DNA from: an uncultured Christensenella sp.
Lineage (GTDB): Bacteria; Bacillota; Clostridia; Christensenellales; UBA3700
Direction: 5' to 3'
Length of the DNA: 64,000 nucleotides
NCBI GenBank assembly: GCA_910583995.1
Contig: CAJTYW010000001.1
Coordinates: 157,366-221,365, forward strand
The position numbers and the translations under genes were made by a program. The notes beneath the pieces were generated by a model. The model did not search any database. It saw only the letters and a program-made list of their open reading frames with translations, and was not told the DNA's origin. This document shows positions 19,821-30,260 of this stretch, piece after piece. The stretch's first letter is position 1. Each line of letters opens with the position of its first letter.

Positions 19821-19849
19821 ATACTAATATATTTTTTGTATTTTGTCAA
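19821..19849 (-). promoter_or_regulatory. sigma-A type promoter upstream of mtrB (TTGACA-17-TAGTAT)
   Basis: Minus-strand TTGACA at 19844-19849, a 17-nt spacer, then TAGTAT at 19821-19826. Confidence 0.55.
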
Positions 19850-19983
19850 GATATTTTTGATTTTTTTGCAATTAGCTATACTAAAATTGCATATAAATGT
19901 TATTTATGCTAAAATGTTTATCTCTAACCTATTTTTATAAAAACTACATTTTTAAGTTAAGCTCAATTGCAAACAAATTTTTA

Positions 19984-22900
19984 TTAAACTAATTTATAAT
20001 TCTCTTCGCCTACAATTGCTACCAATTCACTAAATAAAGCATTTGTATTTTGAACGCAAACGCCACTATTCAATGCTTTGCCACGGAACTTTAATATTGC
20101 AGGAATCATTCCGGGATATGCAGACAAAACTTCAATTACACTTTTTACTGTTGATTCTTCGTTATCGGCAATATTTATGTATAATTTGCTTGATTTTGTT
20201 TGTTTTTTTTCTGCTTTAATTGGTGTTTCGTCTGTAAGTAACCATTCTTTTACATCTTTAACAACAATTTGTGACCTACCTGCAACTTGTAATTCACCTT
20301 CAACTTTTATTATTTTATCTTTTACAAGCAAAGGTTTAAATTTATCATAAGATGATGGGAATAATACCAAATCAATTGTACCATACAAATCTTCAAGCCT
20401 TACCATAGCCATGGATTTGTTTGATTTTGTAATTCTTATTCTAACATCGGTTATCATACCGCCAAGAGAAACATACTTTTTGTCATATTCTTGTATCAAG
20501 CTAGTTAAATCGCTATCTTCAACATCATCTTCCATATCATCTGTTGCTTTTTCCGCATCAAGTATAGGTTTTATGTCGTTTAATGTAAAGCTTTCAACTG
20601 AATATTTTTCTCTGTATTCGTCAAGTGGGTGTCCAGATAAATATAAGTTTAACATATCTTTTTCACTTGATAAAATATCGTTTTTAGGATATTCAGGTAT
20701 TTTAACCATATTAAAAGTGCTTTCTTCTTCGCCAAACAAATCGTCAAACATAGTAATTTGTCCGTTACTGCTCAAAGATTTATCGTGGTTACTTACATTG
20801 ATAATTGCTTCATAATTTACAATATGAGTTGCCCTTGTTTCGTTAAAACAATCTAATGCGCCCGCTTTTATCAATGACTCTAACATTCTTTTATTTAATG
20901 CAGACTTGTCCGCACGCTTTATCAAATCTTCCATACTGGTAAATTTGCCATTTCTGTTTCTCTCTTCAACAATAGAAGAAATAGCAATTTCACCAACATT
21001 TTTAATACCCATCAAGCCATAACGCAAACCGCCATTTTCGCATTTAAAGTAAACATTAGAAATATTTATATCTGGTGGATAAATCGTTACACCACTGCTT
21101 CTAAGATATTCCACATATTTTGCAATTTCGTCTTGGTTTGTAATACGATTATTAATAACTGCCGCAATAAATTGTACTGGATAATATCTTTTTAAATATG
21201 CTGTTTCATACGCACAAACGGCATAAGCTGCTGCGTGTGACTTATTAAAAGCATAAGATGCAAAACTCATCATATTATCAAATATTTTGTTTGCAGTTTC
21301 TAAATCAACGCCTCTTTTTAAACAACCATCAACTGCTTTTTGAGCTGGTGCTACTAAATCACCTTTATCATTGTAAACAGCTTCTTTTGCAGGAGCTCCT
21401 TCAATAAAATACTGACGCTCTTTTGCAAGCACATCTGCTTTTTTCTTTGCCATTGCACGGCGTACTAAATCCGCTCTGCCATAAGTATAACCTGCCAAAA
21501 CTTGTACAACCTGCATAACTTGCTCTTGATATACAAGGCAACCATATGTCATATTAAGTATTGGCTCTAAAAGTGGGTGCATATATGTAATTTTTTCAGG
21601 GTTATTTTTACTATTGATATATGTCGGTATACTATCCATAGGTCCTGGACGATATAATGAAATACCCGCTATGATATCCTCGAGAGATTTTGGCAAAAGT
21701 TGTTTCATAAACTTTTTCATACCAGGAGATTCTAGCTGGAACACTGCATCTGTCTCACCAGAACCTAATAATTCATATACATTAGGGTCATCATAACCTA
21801 ATTTTTCAAAATCTACTTCGTCGCCTGTTGTTTCTTTGATATACTGTTTTGCTTTTTTAATATCTGTTAATGTTCTAAGTCCCAAAAAGTCCATTTTAAG
21901 CATACCAACTTCTTCAACTTCTTCTTTTTGGAATTGTGTTGTTACATCGTCACCGCTCTTTTGAAGTGGTACAAAGTCTGAAATTACTTCTTTACATATA
22001 ACTACGCCTGCAGCGTGTTTAGAACACTGTCTTGGCATACCTTCAAGCTGCATAGCAATATCAAGTACTTTGTGCATTTGCTCATTATTGTTATAGGCAT
22101 CAAGCACTTCAGGGATTATGTCGTCTGTACTTTTTCCAAGTCCTAGCAAATTTTCAAGCTTAACTTTACCACCTGGAATCATTTTGGTTATTGCGTTTAC
22201 TTCTGCAAGTGGCACATTATAAACTCTTGCAACGTCCTTTATTGCATTTTTTGTTGCCATTGTACCAAGTGCTAAAATTTGACAAACCTTTTCTGCTCCA
22301 TATTTTTCAATAACATAATCAATAACTTCGCCACGACCATCAACGCAAAAGTCAATATCAAAATCGGGGTTTGATACACGCTCTGGGTTCAAAAATCTTT
22401 CAAACAGCAAGTTATATTTTAGCGGATTTACATTTGTAATACCAATTGCATAAGCAATAATACTACCAACACCGCTACCACGTCCTGCACCTACAGGAAT
22501 ATCGTGCCTTCTTGCGTAATCTATGAAATCCCAAACTATCAAATAATACTCTGCAAAGCCCATTTTGATAATTATATCAAGTTCGTATTCTGCTCTTTGT
22601 TTTATTTCTTCATCGATTTCGCCATATCTTTTAACTAAGCCTTCATACGCAAGCGTACGCAAAAATTCTGAAGGAGTTTGTCCGTTTTCAGGCGTATAAG
22701 GTGGCATTAAATCTTTCTTTTCTATTCTAACGTGACATTTTTTTGCAATTTCAAACGGAGTTTCCAAAGCTTCAGGACACCAACTGAATAATTCAAACAT
22801 TTCTTCATAAGTTTTCAAGTAAAACTCGTCAGAATAAAATTTCATTCTTTTTGGGTCATCTATAGTCTTTCTAGTTTGCACGCAAAGTAGCACATCGTGA

Positions 22901-23556
22901 GCTTCAGCATCTTTCTTTTCCAAATAGTGTGCATCGTTTGTCGCAACTACTTTTACGCCAATTTCTCTTGCAATTCTAACAAGCAACGGATTACATTGTT
23001 TTTCTTCTTGTATTCCGTGGTCTTGAATTTCGATATAAAAGTCATCTTTGCCAAATATATCACGCATAGTTATGGCATATTCTTTTGCTTTTTCGTATTC
23101 ACCTGCAATCAAATATTGCGGAATCCTACCACCAATGCAGGCACTGGTAGCAATCAAACCTTTACTATGCTCTTTTAAAAATTTCAAATCTATTCTAGGT
23201 TTATAATAAAATCCTTCAGTATACGCAATAGAATCAAGCTTTACCAAATTTTTATAACCTTCATTATCTTTTGCAAGCAATAAAATATGGTACATTTCCT
23301 TACTTGTTTTATCGTGCATATCGTCACATATATATAATTCACAACCTATAATAGGCTCAATTCCTGCAGCTACACAAGCTTTTTGAAAAGTAAATACGCC
23401 AAACATTGAGCCGTGGTCAGTAATTGCACAGGCTGGCATATTTTTTTCTACACAAGCATCTATTAAAGGGTGTTTTTTTCCGTTTGTAATTCTGCAAGCA
23501 CCATCAAGCAAACTCATTTCTGTATGTACGTGCAAATGTATAAATGGTTTTGGCAT
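19984..23556 (-). CDS. dnaE: DNA polymerase III alpha subunit (DnaE type)
   Basis: 1190 aa. N-terminal PHP domain HLHVHTEMSLLDG, polymerase core, HhH and a C-terminal OB fold. Confidence 0.97.
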   Translation of the reverse strand: MPKPFIHLHVHTEMSLLDGACRITNGKKHPLIDACVEKNMPACAITDHGSMFGVFTFQKACVAAGIEPIIGCELYICDDMHDKTSKEMYHILLLAKDNEGYKNLVKLDSIAYTEGFYYKPRIDLKFLKEHSKGLIATSACIGGRIPQYLIAGEYEKAKEYAITMRDIFGKDDFYIEIQDHGIQEEKQCNPLLVRIAREIGVKVVATNDAHYLEKKDAEAHDVLLCVQTRKTIDDPKRMKFYSDEFYLKTYEEMFELFSWCPEALETPFEIAKKCHVRIEKKDLMPPYTPENGQTPSEFLRTLAYEGLVKRYGEIDEEIKQRAEYELDIIIKMGFAEYYLIVWDFIDYARRHDIPVGAGRGSGVGSIIAYAIGITNVNPLKYNLLFERFLNPERVSNPDFDIDFCVDGRGEVIDYVIEKYGAEKVCQILALGTMATKNAIKDVARVYNVPLAEVNAITKMIPGGKVKLENLLGLGKSTDDIIPEVLDAYNNNEQMHKVLDIAMQLEGMPRQCSKHAAGVVICKEVISDFVPLQKSGDDVTTQFQKEEVEEVGMLKMDFLGLRTLTDIKKAKQYIKETTGDEVDFEKLGYDDPNVYELLGSGETDAVFQLESPGMKKFMKQLLPKSLEDIIAGISLYRPGPMDSIPTYINSKNNPEKITYMHPLLEPILNMTYGCLVYQEQVMQVVQVLAGYTYGRADLVRRAMAKKKADVLAKERQYFIEGAPAKEAVYNDKGDLVAPAQKAVDGCLKRGVDLETANKIFDNMMSFASYAFNKSHAAAYAVCAYETAYLKRYYPVQFIAAVINNRITNQDEIAKYVEYLRSSGVTIYPPDINISNVYFKCENGGLRYGLMGIKNVGEIAISSIVEERNRNGKFTSMEDLIKRADKSALNKRMLESLIKAGALDCFNETRATHIVNYEAIINVSNHDKSLSSNGQITMFDDLFGEEESTFNMVKIPEYPKNDILSSEKDMLNLYLSGHPLDEYREKYSVESFTLNDIKPILDAEKATDDMEDDVEDSDLTSLIQEYDKKYVSLGGMITDVRIRITKSNKSMAMVRLEDLYGTIDLVLFPSSYDKFKPLLVKDKIIKVEGELQVAGRSQIVVKDVKEWLLTDETPIKAEKKQTKSSKLYINIADNEESTVKSVIEVLSAYPGMIPAILKFRGKALNSGVCVQNTNALFSELVAIVGEENYKLV

Positions 23557-23657
23557 TTGTTTCTCCTTAAATGTAATCGTTTTAGATAAATTATAATTAT
23601 AATTAAATTATTAAATACTTATTTAAATTTTTATAATTTATTTTACTTTAATCAATA

Positions 23658-24635
23658 TTATTGGTTTTTGTTTTCCAAAGTTTTTGCAATTTCAATAATT
23701 TTTCTAAATCTATGGTTAATACCGCTTTTGGATATATCACCGCCTACTTCTTCGGCAATTTGCTCAAGTGTATAATCGGGATTTTCTAATCTTATTAAAG
23801 CAATTTGACGCAATTTATCAGATAGACTATTTAATCCTATTTTTTCATCAATTAATTTAATAGCTAAATATTGCTTTTGTCCTGCTTCAACAGATTTGTC
23901 TATATTTGCAAGCTCAAAATTTTTAATTCTGTTTGTAGTATTTCTTACAAGTCTTTCAACCATAATGTCATTGATTTTTAACACTGCTTCGCTTCCACCA
24001 AAAAACGCCATAAAATCGCTAATCATTTCACTATCTCTAATATACAAAGCAAAACTATCTGTTTTTTCCACCTTTTTAAGCAATATATCATACTCAGCAA
24101 AGTAGTTCATAACTGAATATGCAGTATATTCATTATAAAAACGCATTTCTAACGAATATCCGCCTTCATATATTTTAGAGATTTCGTCTTTTAAGTTAGG
24201 TACAGTGATATTTGCACTGCTTACAGCAATGCCAAGTAAATATGCTTTTATCAATTTTTCGTCTGTATATTCGTTCAAATTGCCTTCAGAAAAACCTACT
24301 GCCATATCCCCGCAATAAACTATCATACCCGTATCTTGAGCGATAACTTTTGTGGCAGACGGCGGCAACTCTAAAATATTAATGCGTTTTTTGAAATAAG
24401 GGTCAATTTTTGATTTTATTGTAATTTCAAAATCATATAAATCTTTTAATTCACGAGTTAGTCTGAAAATTAATTCTTCAAATTCGCTCTCTACTTCTAT
24501 ATTGACAACTTTTTTTATAATATGAATACTACCATTTTGGCGAAAAACAGCAGAAATGAAAGCAAGTTTTTCTTCCCTGCTTTCAAGTATATTCTTTTTT
24601 AATATTTCCGATTTAAAATCTGTACTGAAACTCAT
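23658..24635 (-). CDS. whiA: DNA-binding protein WhiA
   Basis: 325 aa. Degenerate LAGLIDADG-like fold plus a C-terminal HTH (GINHRFRKI). Typical WhiA N-terminus SFS...K.E. Confidence 0.9.
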   Translation of the reverse strand: MSFSTDFKSEILKKNILESREEKLAFISAVFRQNGSIHIIKKVVNIEVESEFEELIFRLTRELKDLYDFEITIKSKIDPYFKKRINILELPPSATKVIAQDTGMIVYCGDMAVGFSEGNLNEYTDEKLIKAYLLGIAVSSANITVPNLKDEISKIYEGGYSLEMRFYNEYTAYSVMNYFAEYDILLKKVEKTDSFALYIRDSEMISDFMAFFGGSEAVLKINDIMVERLVRNTTNRIKNFELANIDKSVEAGQKQYLAIKLIDEKIGLNSLSDKLRQIALIRLENPDYTLEQIAEEVGGDISKSGINHRFRKIIEIAKTLENKNQ

Positions 24636-25411
24636 TTTATCCTGCTTTTAAACTTAAATTCGCAATATTCGCTATTAATTATGCGTTTTGGGTCTACATC
24701 ATATTTGTTTACTATTTCAAGTGCTTTATCAATATTACCCACACTTTCAGGCTTATGTGCATCACTATTTAATGTAAGCATAGCTTTTGATGCAAAAAGT
24801 GCTTCATAATCTACTTCTGTGCAATCACTATGTCTAGAAGATACTTCAATTGCAACGCCATAATCGCTTGCTGCTTTTGCAATTTCTTTTATATCAACTT
24901 TTAAATGATAATTTATATGAGAGATAATATCAATTGGTTTTGTTTTAATCAAGTTGATATAAGCTTTAGTATTTTTTGCAATTTGTTCATTTGTAGGTGC
25001 ATACAAATATTTTGAATAACTATTGTAAAAAATATCTGTATAATCGGATAACTTGTCCGCCCAAACGGGTTTATGAAAACCACACAAAATTATATCAAAA
25101 TTTTGCTCAAATCCGCTTGTTATGTCATATCCCCCGCCTATACCTGTTATATTGGATTCAACACCAAAAAGTAGCTGAAAATCGGGGTATTTTTCTGAAA
25201 TTAGTTTAATTTCTTCTTTCTGCTTAAGCAATTTTTTTTCGCTTACACCAAATATAAAATGCTTACTTCCGTGGTCAGTAATCGCAAGTGTTTTTAAACC
25301 TTTTTCAATAGCTATTTTTACATTATCTTCTATACTGCCTTTGCCGTGGCTATAGGTAGTATGTGTATGATAATCTGCTATAATTTTGTATTTAGAATAT
25401 AAATTCTCCAA
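24632..25411 (-). CDS. PHP-domain metal-dependent phosphoesterase
   Basis: 259 aa. Motifs DYHTHTTYSHG, ITDHG and DAH are characteristic of the PHP/HisJ family. Confidence 0.8.
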   Translation of the reverse strand: MENLYSKYKIIADYHTHTTYSHGKGSIEDNVKIAIEKGLKTLAITDHGSKHFIFGVSEKKLLKQKEEIKLISEKYPDFQLLFGVESNITGIGGGYDITSGFEQNFDIILCGFHKPVWADKLSDYTDIFYNSYSKYLYAPTNEQIAKNTKAYINLIKTKPIDIISHINYHLKVDIKEIAKAASDYGVAIEVSSRHSDCTEVDYEALFASKAMLTLNSDAHKPESVGNIDKALEIVNKYDVDPKRIINSEYCEFKFKSRIK

Positions 25412-26276
25412 AGTATTTTACCTCTCTTTCCAATTGTATATTATACTTGTCGTAAACATTATTTTGACAAATTTTAACTAAATCTGCGTAATCATTAGAA
25501 GTTGCATCTCCAATATTGATTATAAAATTTGCGTGTTTTTCGGAAACTTTACAACCACCGCAAGTTTTGCCTTTAAGTCCGCAGTTTTCAATATAATAAC
25601 CTGCACCTATATTTTGATGCTTTTTAAATACTGAGCCAAGTGATAAATCATTAGGTTGACTTTCTCTTCGCTTATTTTTGTAATATTTCATATCATTTGA
25701 TATTAATATTTGATTTTTTTCTTTTAGCTTAAATGTTGCTGATAACACTACAATTTTATTTTGTGCTATACCGCTTGTACGATAACCAAAGCCACATTCA
25801 TTATTAGATAATGTAACTATTTTACCATCAACAAAAGCAGTTATGCTATACAAAACATCACTAATAAACTGCCCGTAAGCTCCTGCATTCATATTTACTG
25901 CACCGCCAACTGTACCAGGAATACCGCTCAATTGTTCCATACCAGTTAATCCGTTATCTTTTGCAATATTACATACTTTTGATAGCATTTCTCCTGCATT
26001 AGCAGTTATAGTATTTCCACAAACAGTTATTCCCTTAACATTTGTAGTCAAAATAACTTCACCTTCAATACCATTATCCGAAATCAAGCTATTTGTTGTA
26101 CCACCAAAAATAATAGGGTCGGTAGTATTATTTAATGCAACAACAAAGTTATCAATATTTGTTGGCAATATTAGTGTATCAACTTTGCCGCCCGTTTTTA
26201 TGTACGTAAACTCTTTTGCTAATTTATTATAGCATATTGTTGCTCCACTTGCAATAATTAAATCATACATTTTCAT
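25392..26276 (-). CDS. murB: UDP-N-acetylenolpyruvoylglucosamine reductase
   Basis: Start trimmed to ATG 26276 behind GAGGTG. FAD-binding domain and the MurB C-terminal motif SEKHANFIIN. Confidence 0.92.
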   Translation of the reverse strand: MKMYDLIIASGATICYNKLAKEFTYIKTGGKVDTLILPTNIDNFVVALNNTTDPIIFGGTTNSLISDNGIEGEVILTTNVKGITVCGNTITANAGEMLSKVCNIAKDNGLTGMEQLSGIPGTVGGAVNMNAGAYGQFISDVLYSITAFVDGKIVTLSNNECGFGYRTSGIAQNKIVVLSATFKLKEKNQILISNDMKYYKNKRRESQPNDLSLGSVFKKHQNIGAGYYIENCGLKGKTCGGCKVSEKHANFIINIGDATSNDYADLVKICQNNVYDKYNIQLEREVKYFGEFIF

Positions 26277-26450
26277 AATCCACCTCAATTTAATATATTT
26301 ATAAATTTATATATATATGCTAAAATGTAAATTTAATTATTAAAATGTTTACACTGCTAAACTAATTTATGACAATATTCAAAATTAATTTTCTTACAAA
26401 TTTTATTATATTATTTTTTTGTATAATTAAGCATTTATGAAAACAAAAAA

Positions 26451-26471
26451 ATCTCACAATAAATGTGAGAT
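26451..26471. terminator. rho-independent terminator after lysC (A-run/T-run flanked, potentially bidirectional)
   Basis: 8-bp stem ATCTCACA/TGTGAGAT with a 5-nt loop, flanked by AAAAAAA and TTTTTT. Confidence 0.7.
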
Positions 26472-26510
26472 TTTTTATTTATTTGCTATTAAACCATTCA
26501 AAAATCGGTA

Positions 26511-27824
26511 TTATTTTATAAATTCGTTATAAATACTCTCAATTGCTTTTTCATAATCTTGAGTATTAACACCAACTATAATATTCATTTCAGAACTACC
26601 TTGGTCAATCATTCTTATATTGATATTTTGTTTTGCAAGTGCATTAAATATTCTGCAAGCAGTACCTGGTTTGAATGACATATCGTGACCAACTGTAGCA
26701 ATCAATGAAAAACCTTTTAAAAGTTCAATATGGTCAGGATTGATAGTTTTTCTTAGTCTATCAATAATAACATCTTCTTTACCTGCAATTTCATTATCAC
26801 TAACTACAATGCTCAAAGTATCAATACCACTAGGCATATGCTCAAAAGAAACGCCATAATATTCAAATACGCTAAGTACTCTTCTTGCAAAGCCTAATTC
26901 GCTATTCATCATTGATTTTTCAATAAATACTATACTGTAGCCTTTTTTACCTGCAATACCAGTAATGATATTGTTATTAGTGCTTTTACGATTTGCAACT
27001 ATCATTGTACCAGGGTGTTCTGGCTCAAAAGTATTACGGATATTGATAGGAATATTGTTGTATCTTACAGGGAAAATAGATTCAGGGTGCAATACATTAG
27101 CTCCCATATATGCAAGCTCACGAAGCTCACGATAAGACAATTCTGCAATGTGTGCAGGATTTTTAACAATTCTTGGGTCACAAATCATAAAACCGTTTAC
27201 ATCTGTCCAGTTTTCATATACGCTAGCTTCTGCTGCTCTTGCAATGATAGCACCTGTAATATCAGAACCACCACGAGAGAAAGTTTTGATATTTCCGCTT
27301 GTATCTGCACCATAAAAACCAGGTATAACTGCTATTTTAACATCTTTTAGTCTTTGACGAGTTAGTTCATTTGTTGTTTCTGCATCAAAATCGCCGTTAG
27401 TATTAAACTTAATCAAGTCCTTAGGGTCAATAAATTCCGCATCTAATCTCTTTGCCATAATAATACCACCAAGATATTCACCACGAGATGCAGCAAAATC
27501 GCTTGAGCGATATTTAATAATTCCGTCATAAACTTCGTCAAGATATTTATCAATATCAATGTCAAGCTTTAAATCTTTAACAATTTCAACATATCTTTCA
27601 CGAATTTGGTCAAAAGTTTCTTTACATTCGCCATTAAGTTCAACTTGATGATAGCAAGCATAAAGCATATCTGTTATTTTTCTGTCATTGCTATTTCTTT
27701 TGCCGGGTGCAGAAACTATAACAAATCGTCTTTCTTTATCACTCTCTATAATTTTTGCAATAGCATTAATGTTATCGCTATTAGCCATTGAAGTGCCACC
27801 AAATTTACAAACTTTAGTATTCAT
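26511..27824 (-). CDS. lysC: aspartate kinase
   Basis: Start trimmed to ATG 27824 (RBS GGAG). N-terminus VCKFGGTSMA. Amino-acid kinase domain plus C-terminal ACT domains. Confidence 0.93.
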   Translation of the reverse strand: MNTKVCKFGGTSMANSDNINAIAKIIESDKERRFVIVSAPGKRNSNDRKITDMLYACYHQVELNGECKETFDQIRERYVEIVKDLKLDIDIDKYLDEVYDGIIKYRSSDFAASRGEYLGGIIMAKRLDAEFIDPKDLIKFNTNGDFDAETTNELTRQRLKDVKIAVIPGFYGADTSGNIKTFSRGGSDITGAIIARAAEASVYENWTDVNGFMICDPRIVKNPAHIAELSYRELRELAYMGANVLHPESIFPVRYNNIPINIRNTFEPEHPGTMIVANRKSTNNNIITGIAGKKGYSIVFIEKSMMNSELGFARRVLSVFEYYGVSFEHMPSGIDTLSIVVSDNEIAGKEDVIIDRLRKTINPDHIELLKGFSLIATVGHDMSFKPGTACRIFNALAKQNINIRMIDQGSSEMNIIVGVNTQDYEKAIESIYNEFIK

Positions 27825-27999
27825 ATATCTATCTCCAAAATTATAATCCAATAAATTTTTATTAATTTAAAGCTTTTTACTCATTAACATTATTTTTTAA
27901 AATTAAAAAAGTAAAATCAGATTTAATTGCTTTATTATGTGATTAATTTTAGCAATTAAATAGTTAGTTGTCAAGAAAATAAAAAGCATTTTGACAAAA

Positions 28000-29226
28000 T
28001 CATTTAATTTTTTTTGCTTCAAAATAATATCTTTTGTCTTCAGCATTTCCCATTGAAAAAGATTTTCTTGGCAATGCCCCACGCCTTAAGCAATAATCAA
28101 ACAAGCCGTCTTTACTAATTGTAGGCATAAAAATTCCTACTGCATTGTGCTTTTTTGCAAGCTCTAATAAAGCATCGTCTCCGTGAATATAGTCTTCTTC
28201 AATTGCTAAATTAGACTTTTTGTAGTTATCAATAAAATCTTGAATATCTTTAATAGCATCGCTAGGATTTGAAGACACAGAAATTAAATATTCCTTATTA
28301 TCATAAATCACTTTTACTTTAGAGTCGCCTTTTGTAAGTGTTTTAGACATACTTTTTACAAAATTTATGTCTGCACCTACTAATAGTCTATGTATCGATT
28401 CAAATTCAAGTGATTTATCATAAATGTTTACAAGTTCAACAAGTGCATATCTTGCTCTATGTGTAAGCTGTTCTTCTTTACTTAAATTTTGTTTGATTAA
28501 ATTCCAACATTCTTTTGCTGTAGCAAGAGAATGATTGCCGTCCCCTACTATAAAAGCTATATTTCCGTCAAAATTATATTTACTTTTAATAAGATTTTTA
28601 TCTGTAAGTCCGTTTAATTTTTCAAGCAATTTCTCATTATTAGTAACTTTATAACCTGTTATATGACCGCCATTCATATTAAGCTCAAAATCATATAATA
28701 TGTCCATTTTGTCTATGTCTTTATATAGATTTTCAATAATGTCTCCACTTTTATCGTCTAAAAGCATCATTATATGCGGTAATTCCAAACAAGCATTTTT
28801 TCTTATATTTATTCTTGCTGGAAGTCTTTCTGTAACAGTTTTTTCAGTTGCTTTAATATAAGCATTATTGCAATCTGTATATTCGTATTGCTCCAAATCA
28901 ACTTCAATCATTAAACCTAATCTTACTTTTCCGTTATTTAGCGTCCTTTTTACAAAAACAAATGAATTTACATTTTCAAAAATATTATCATTTACATATT
29001 GACTCATTGTTTTATTAATATTTTCGATTTTTTCATCTTGATTTAAATTTAAATATGCTTCAGGTAAAATCAAATTTAACACAGATGGGCTGTCACCTAC
29101 TATTTCAGTAAGTGCAGCCCAATATTTTGGTTGACTTGAGAATTGGTCACACGCAATGCAAGACCATTTACTATAATCAATTTTTTTATTCGGTATTAAA
29201 ATATCAGGAATTTTAACGAGATTCAT
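28000..29226 (-). CDS. conserved hypothetical protein, DUF1015-like
   Basis: 408 aa. Motifs W.CIACDQFSSQPKYW and VGDGNHSLATAK resemble those I associate with the DUF1015 family (from memory, not searched). Starts 3 nt after the cdaA stop. Confidence 0.6.
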   Translation of the reverse strand: MNLVKIPDILIPNKKIDYSKWSCIACDQFSSQPKYWAALTEIVGDSPSVLNLILPEAYLNLNQDEKIENINKTMSQYVNDNIFENVNSFVFVKRTLNNGKVRLGLMIEVDLEQYEYTDCNNAYIKATEKTVTERLPARINIRKNACLELPHIMMLLDDKSGDIIENLYKDIDKMDILYDFELNMNGGHITGYKVTNNEKLLEKLNGLTDKNLIKSKYNFDGNIAFIVGDGNHSLATAKECWNLIKQNLSKEEQLTHRARYALVELVNIYDKSLEFESIHRLLVGADINFVKSMSKTLTKGDSKVKVIYDNKEYLISVSSNPSDAIKDIQDFIDNYKKSNLAIEEDYIHGDDALLELAKKHNAVGIFMPTISKDGLFDYCLRRGALPRKSFSMGNAEDKRYYFEAKKIK

Positions 29227-29228
29227 TT

Positions 29229-30056
29229 TTACCTCTTTTTAGCTTTTTGTTTAGAGTATTTAATACCAAATGCCTTTTCAATTTCGTCAGACAATTTTTC
29301 AGGAGTCATATAACGCTTAATTTCACCGTGTCTAACAGTACTGATAATACCTGTTTCTTCACTTACTACAATTGCAAGAACGTCACTTTCTTCAGTAATA
29401 CCGATTGCTGCTCTGTGTCTTGTACCTAGTTCCTTAGAAATGTCTTCTCTTTGAGATAATGGCAAGAAACAACCTGCTGCCAAAATCACATTTTCTTTTA
29501 CTATGATAGCACCATCGTGCAATGGAGCTTTTGTGTTAAAAATACATTGTAACAATCCGTCAGAAATTTTTGCATTAAGCATTGTACCAGTCTCAAGCAA
29601 ATGTGATGGAACAACACTTGGAGTGATAACAATCAATGCACCTGTATCGTTTTTGCTCAAAGCTTGACAGCCTTTTACGATTTCGTCAATTGCTTGACGC
29701 AAATCATCTTCACTATTACCATAATCGTAATTGTCTTTGCTGTCGTGCCATCTTGCAAATCTGGTAATGCCTGATTTAATATCTTGTTGGTAAGTGATAA
29801 CAATACACAAAATTAGTATTAGACCACCCCATTTTAATATTTGAGATGAAATAAATAGTAGATTTTTAGAAGTTAAAGCACAAGCTACGCTAACACCTAT
29901 ATATGCACAAATATATAGTGCTACAAATAACGCCATTTTCAAATTATTACGGCGTTTAAAAAACCAAAGAATTGCTGCTGCTGCAAGTAAAATAACAACT
30001 AAATCTATTATTGCAAAATAATCTAAGTTGTTAAGATAATTCTTTAATACCTCCAT
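29229..30056 (-). CDS. cdaA: diadenylate cyclase CdaA (DacA)
   Basis: 275 aa. Three N-terminal TM helices. DAC-domain motifs GALIVI, HDGAIIV and GTRHRAAIGI. Confidence 0.92.
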   Translation of the reverse strand: MEVLKNYLNNLDYFAIIDLVVILLAAAAILWFFKRRNNLKMALFVALYICAYIGVSVACALTSKNLLFISSQILKWGGLILILCIVITYQQDIKSGITRFARWHDSKDNYDYGNSEDDLRQAIDEIVKGCQALSKNDTGALIVITPSVVPSHLLETGTMLNAKISDGLLQCIFNTKAPLHDGAIIVKENVILAAGCFLPLSQREDISKELGTRHRAAIGITEESDVLAIVVSEETGIISTVRHGEIKRYMTPEKLSDEIEKAFGIKYSKQKAKKR

Positions 30057-30233
30057 AAATCTATCTCCTAAACATTACCTAATAAATTCTATATTTATTA
30101 TAAAATATTTTAATAAAAAAATAAAGCAAATAACACTACTTTTTAAAAAAATTTTTAAAATCATATAATTTAGCCAAAATTATGCTGAAATTTGTCATAA
30201 TTTAGCAAATTAAATTGAAAATACAATAAAAAA

Positions 30234-30251
30234 GTGAACAGACTTGTTCAC
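30234..30251 (-). terminator. rho-independent terminator after nrdR
   Basis: 7-bp stem GTGAACA/TGTTCAC with a 4-nt loop. T-run follows on the minus strand. Confidence 0.65.
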
Positions 30252-30260
30252 TTTTTACGC

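Noticed and set aside
27825-27999. Expected lysine (L-box) riboswitch upstream of lysC.
   Set aside because: The 175-nt region is uniformly AT-rich, with none of the GC-containing conserved L-box helices. A simple promoter is more likely.
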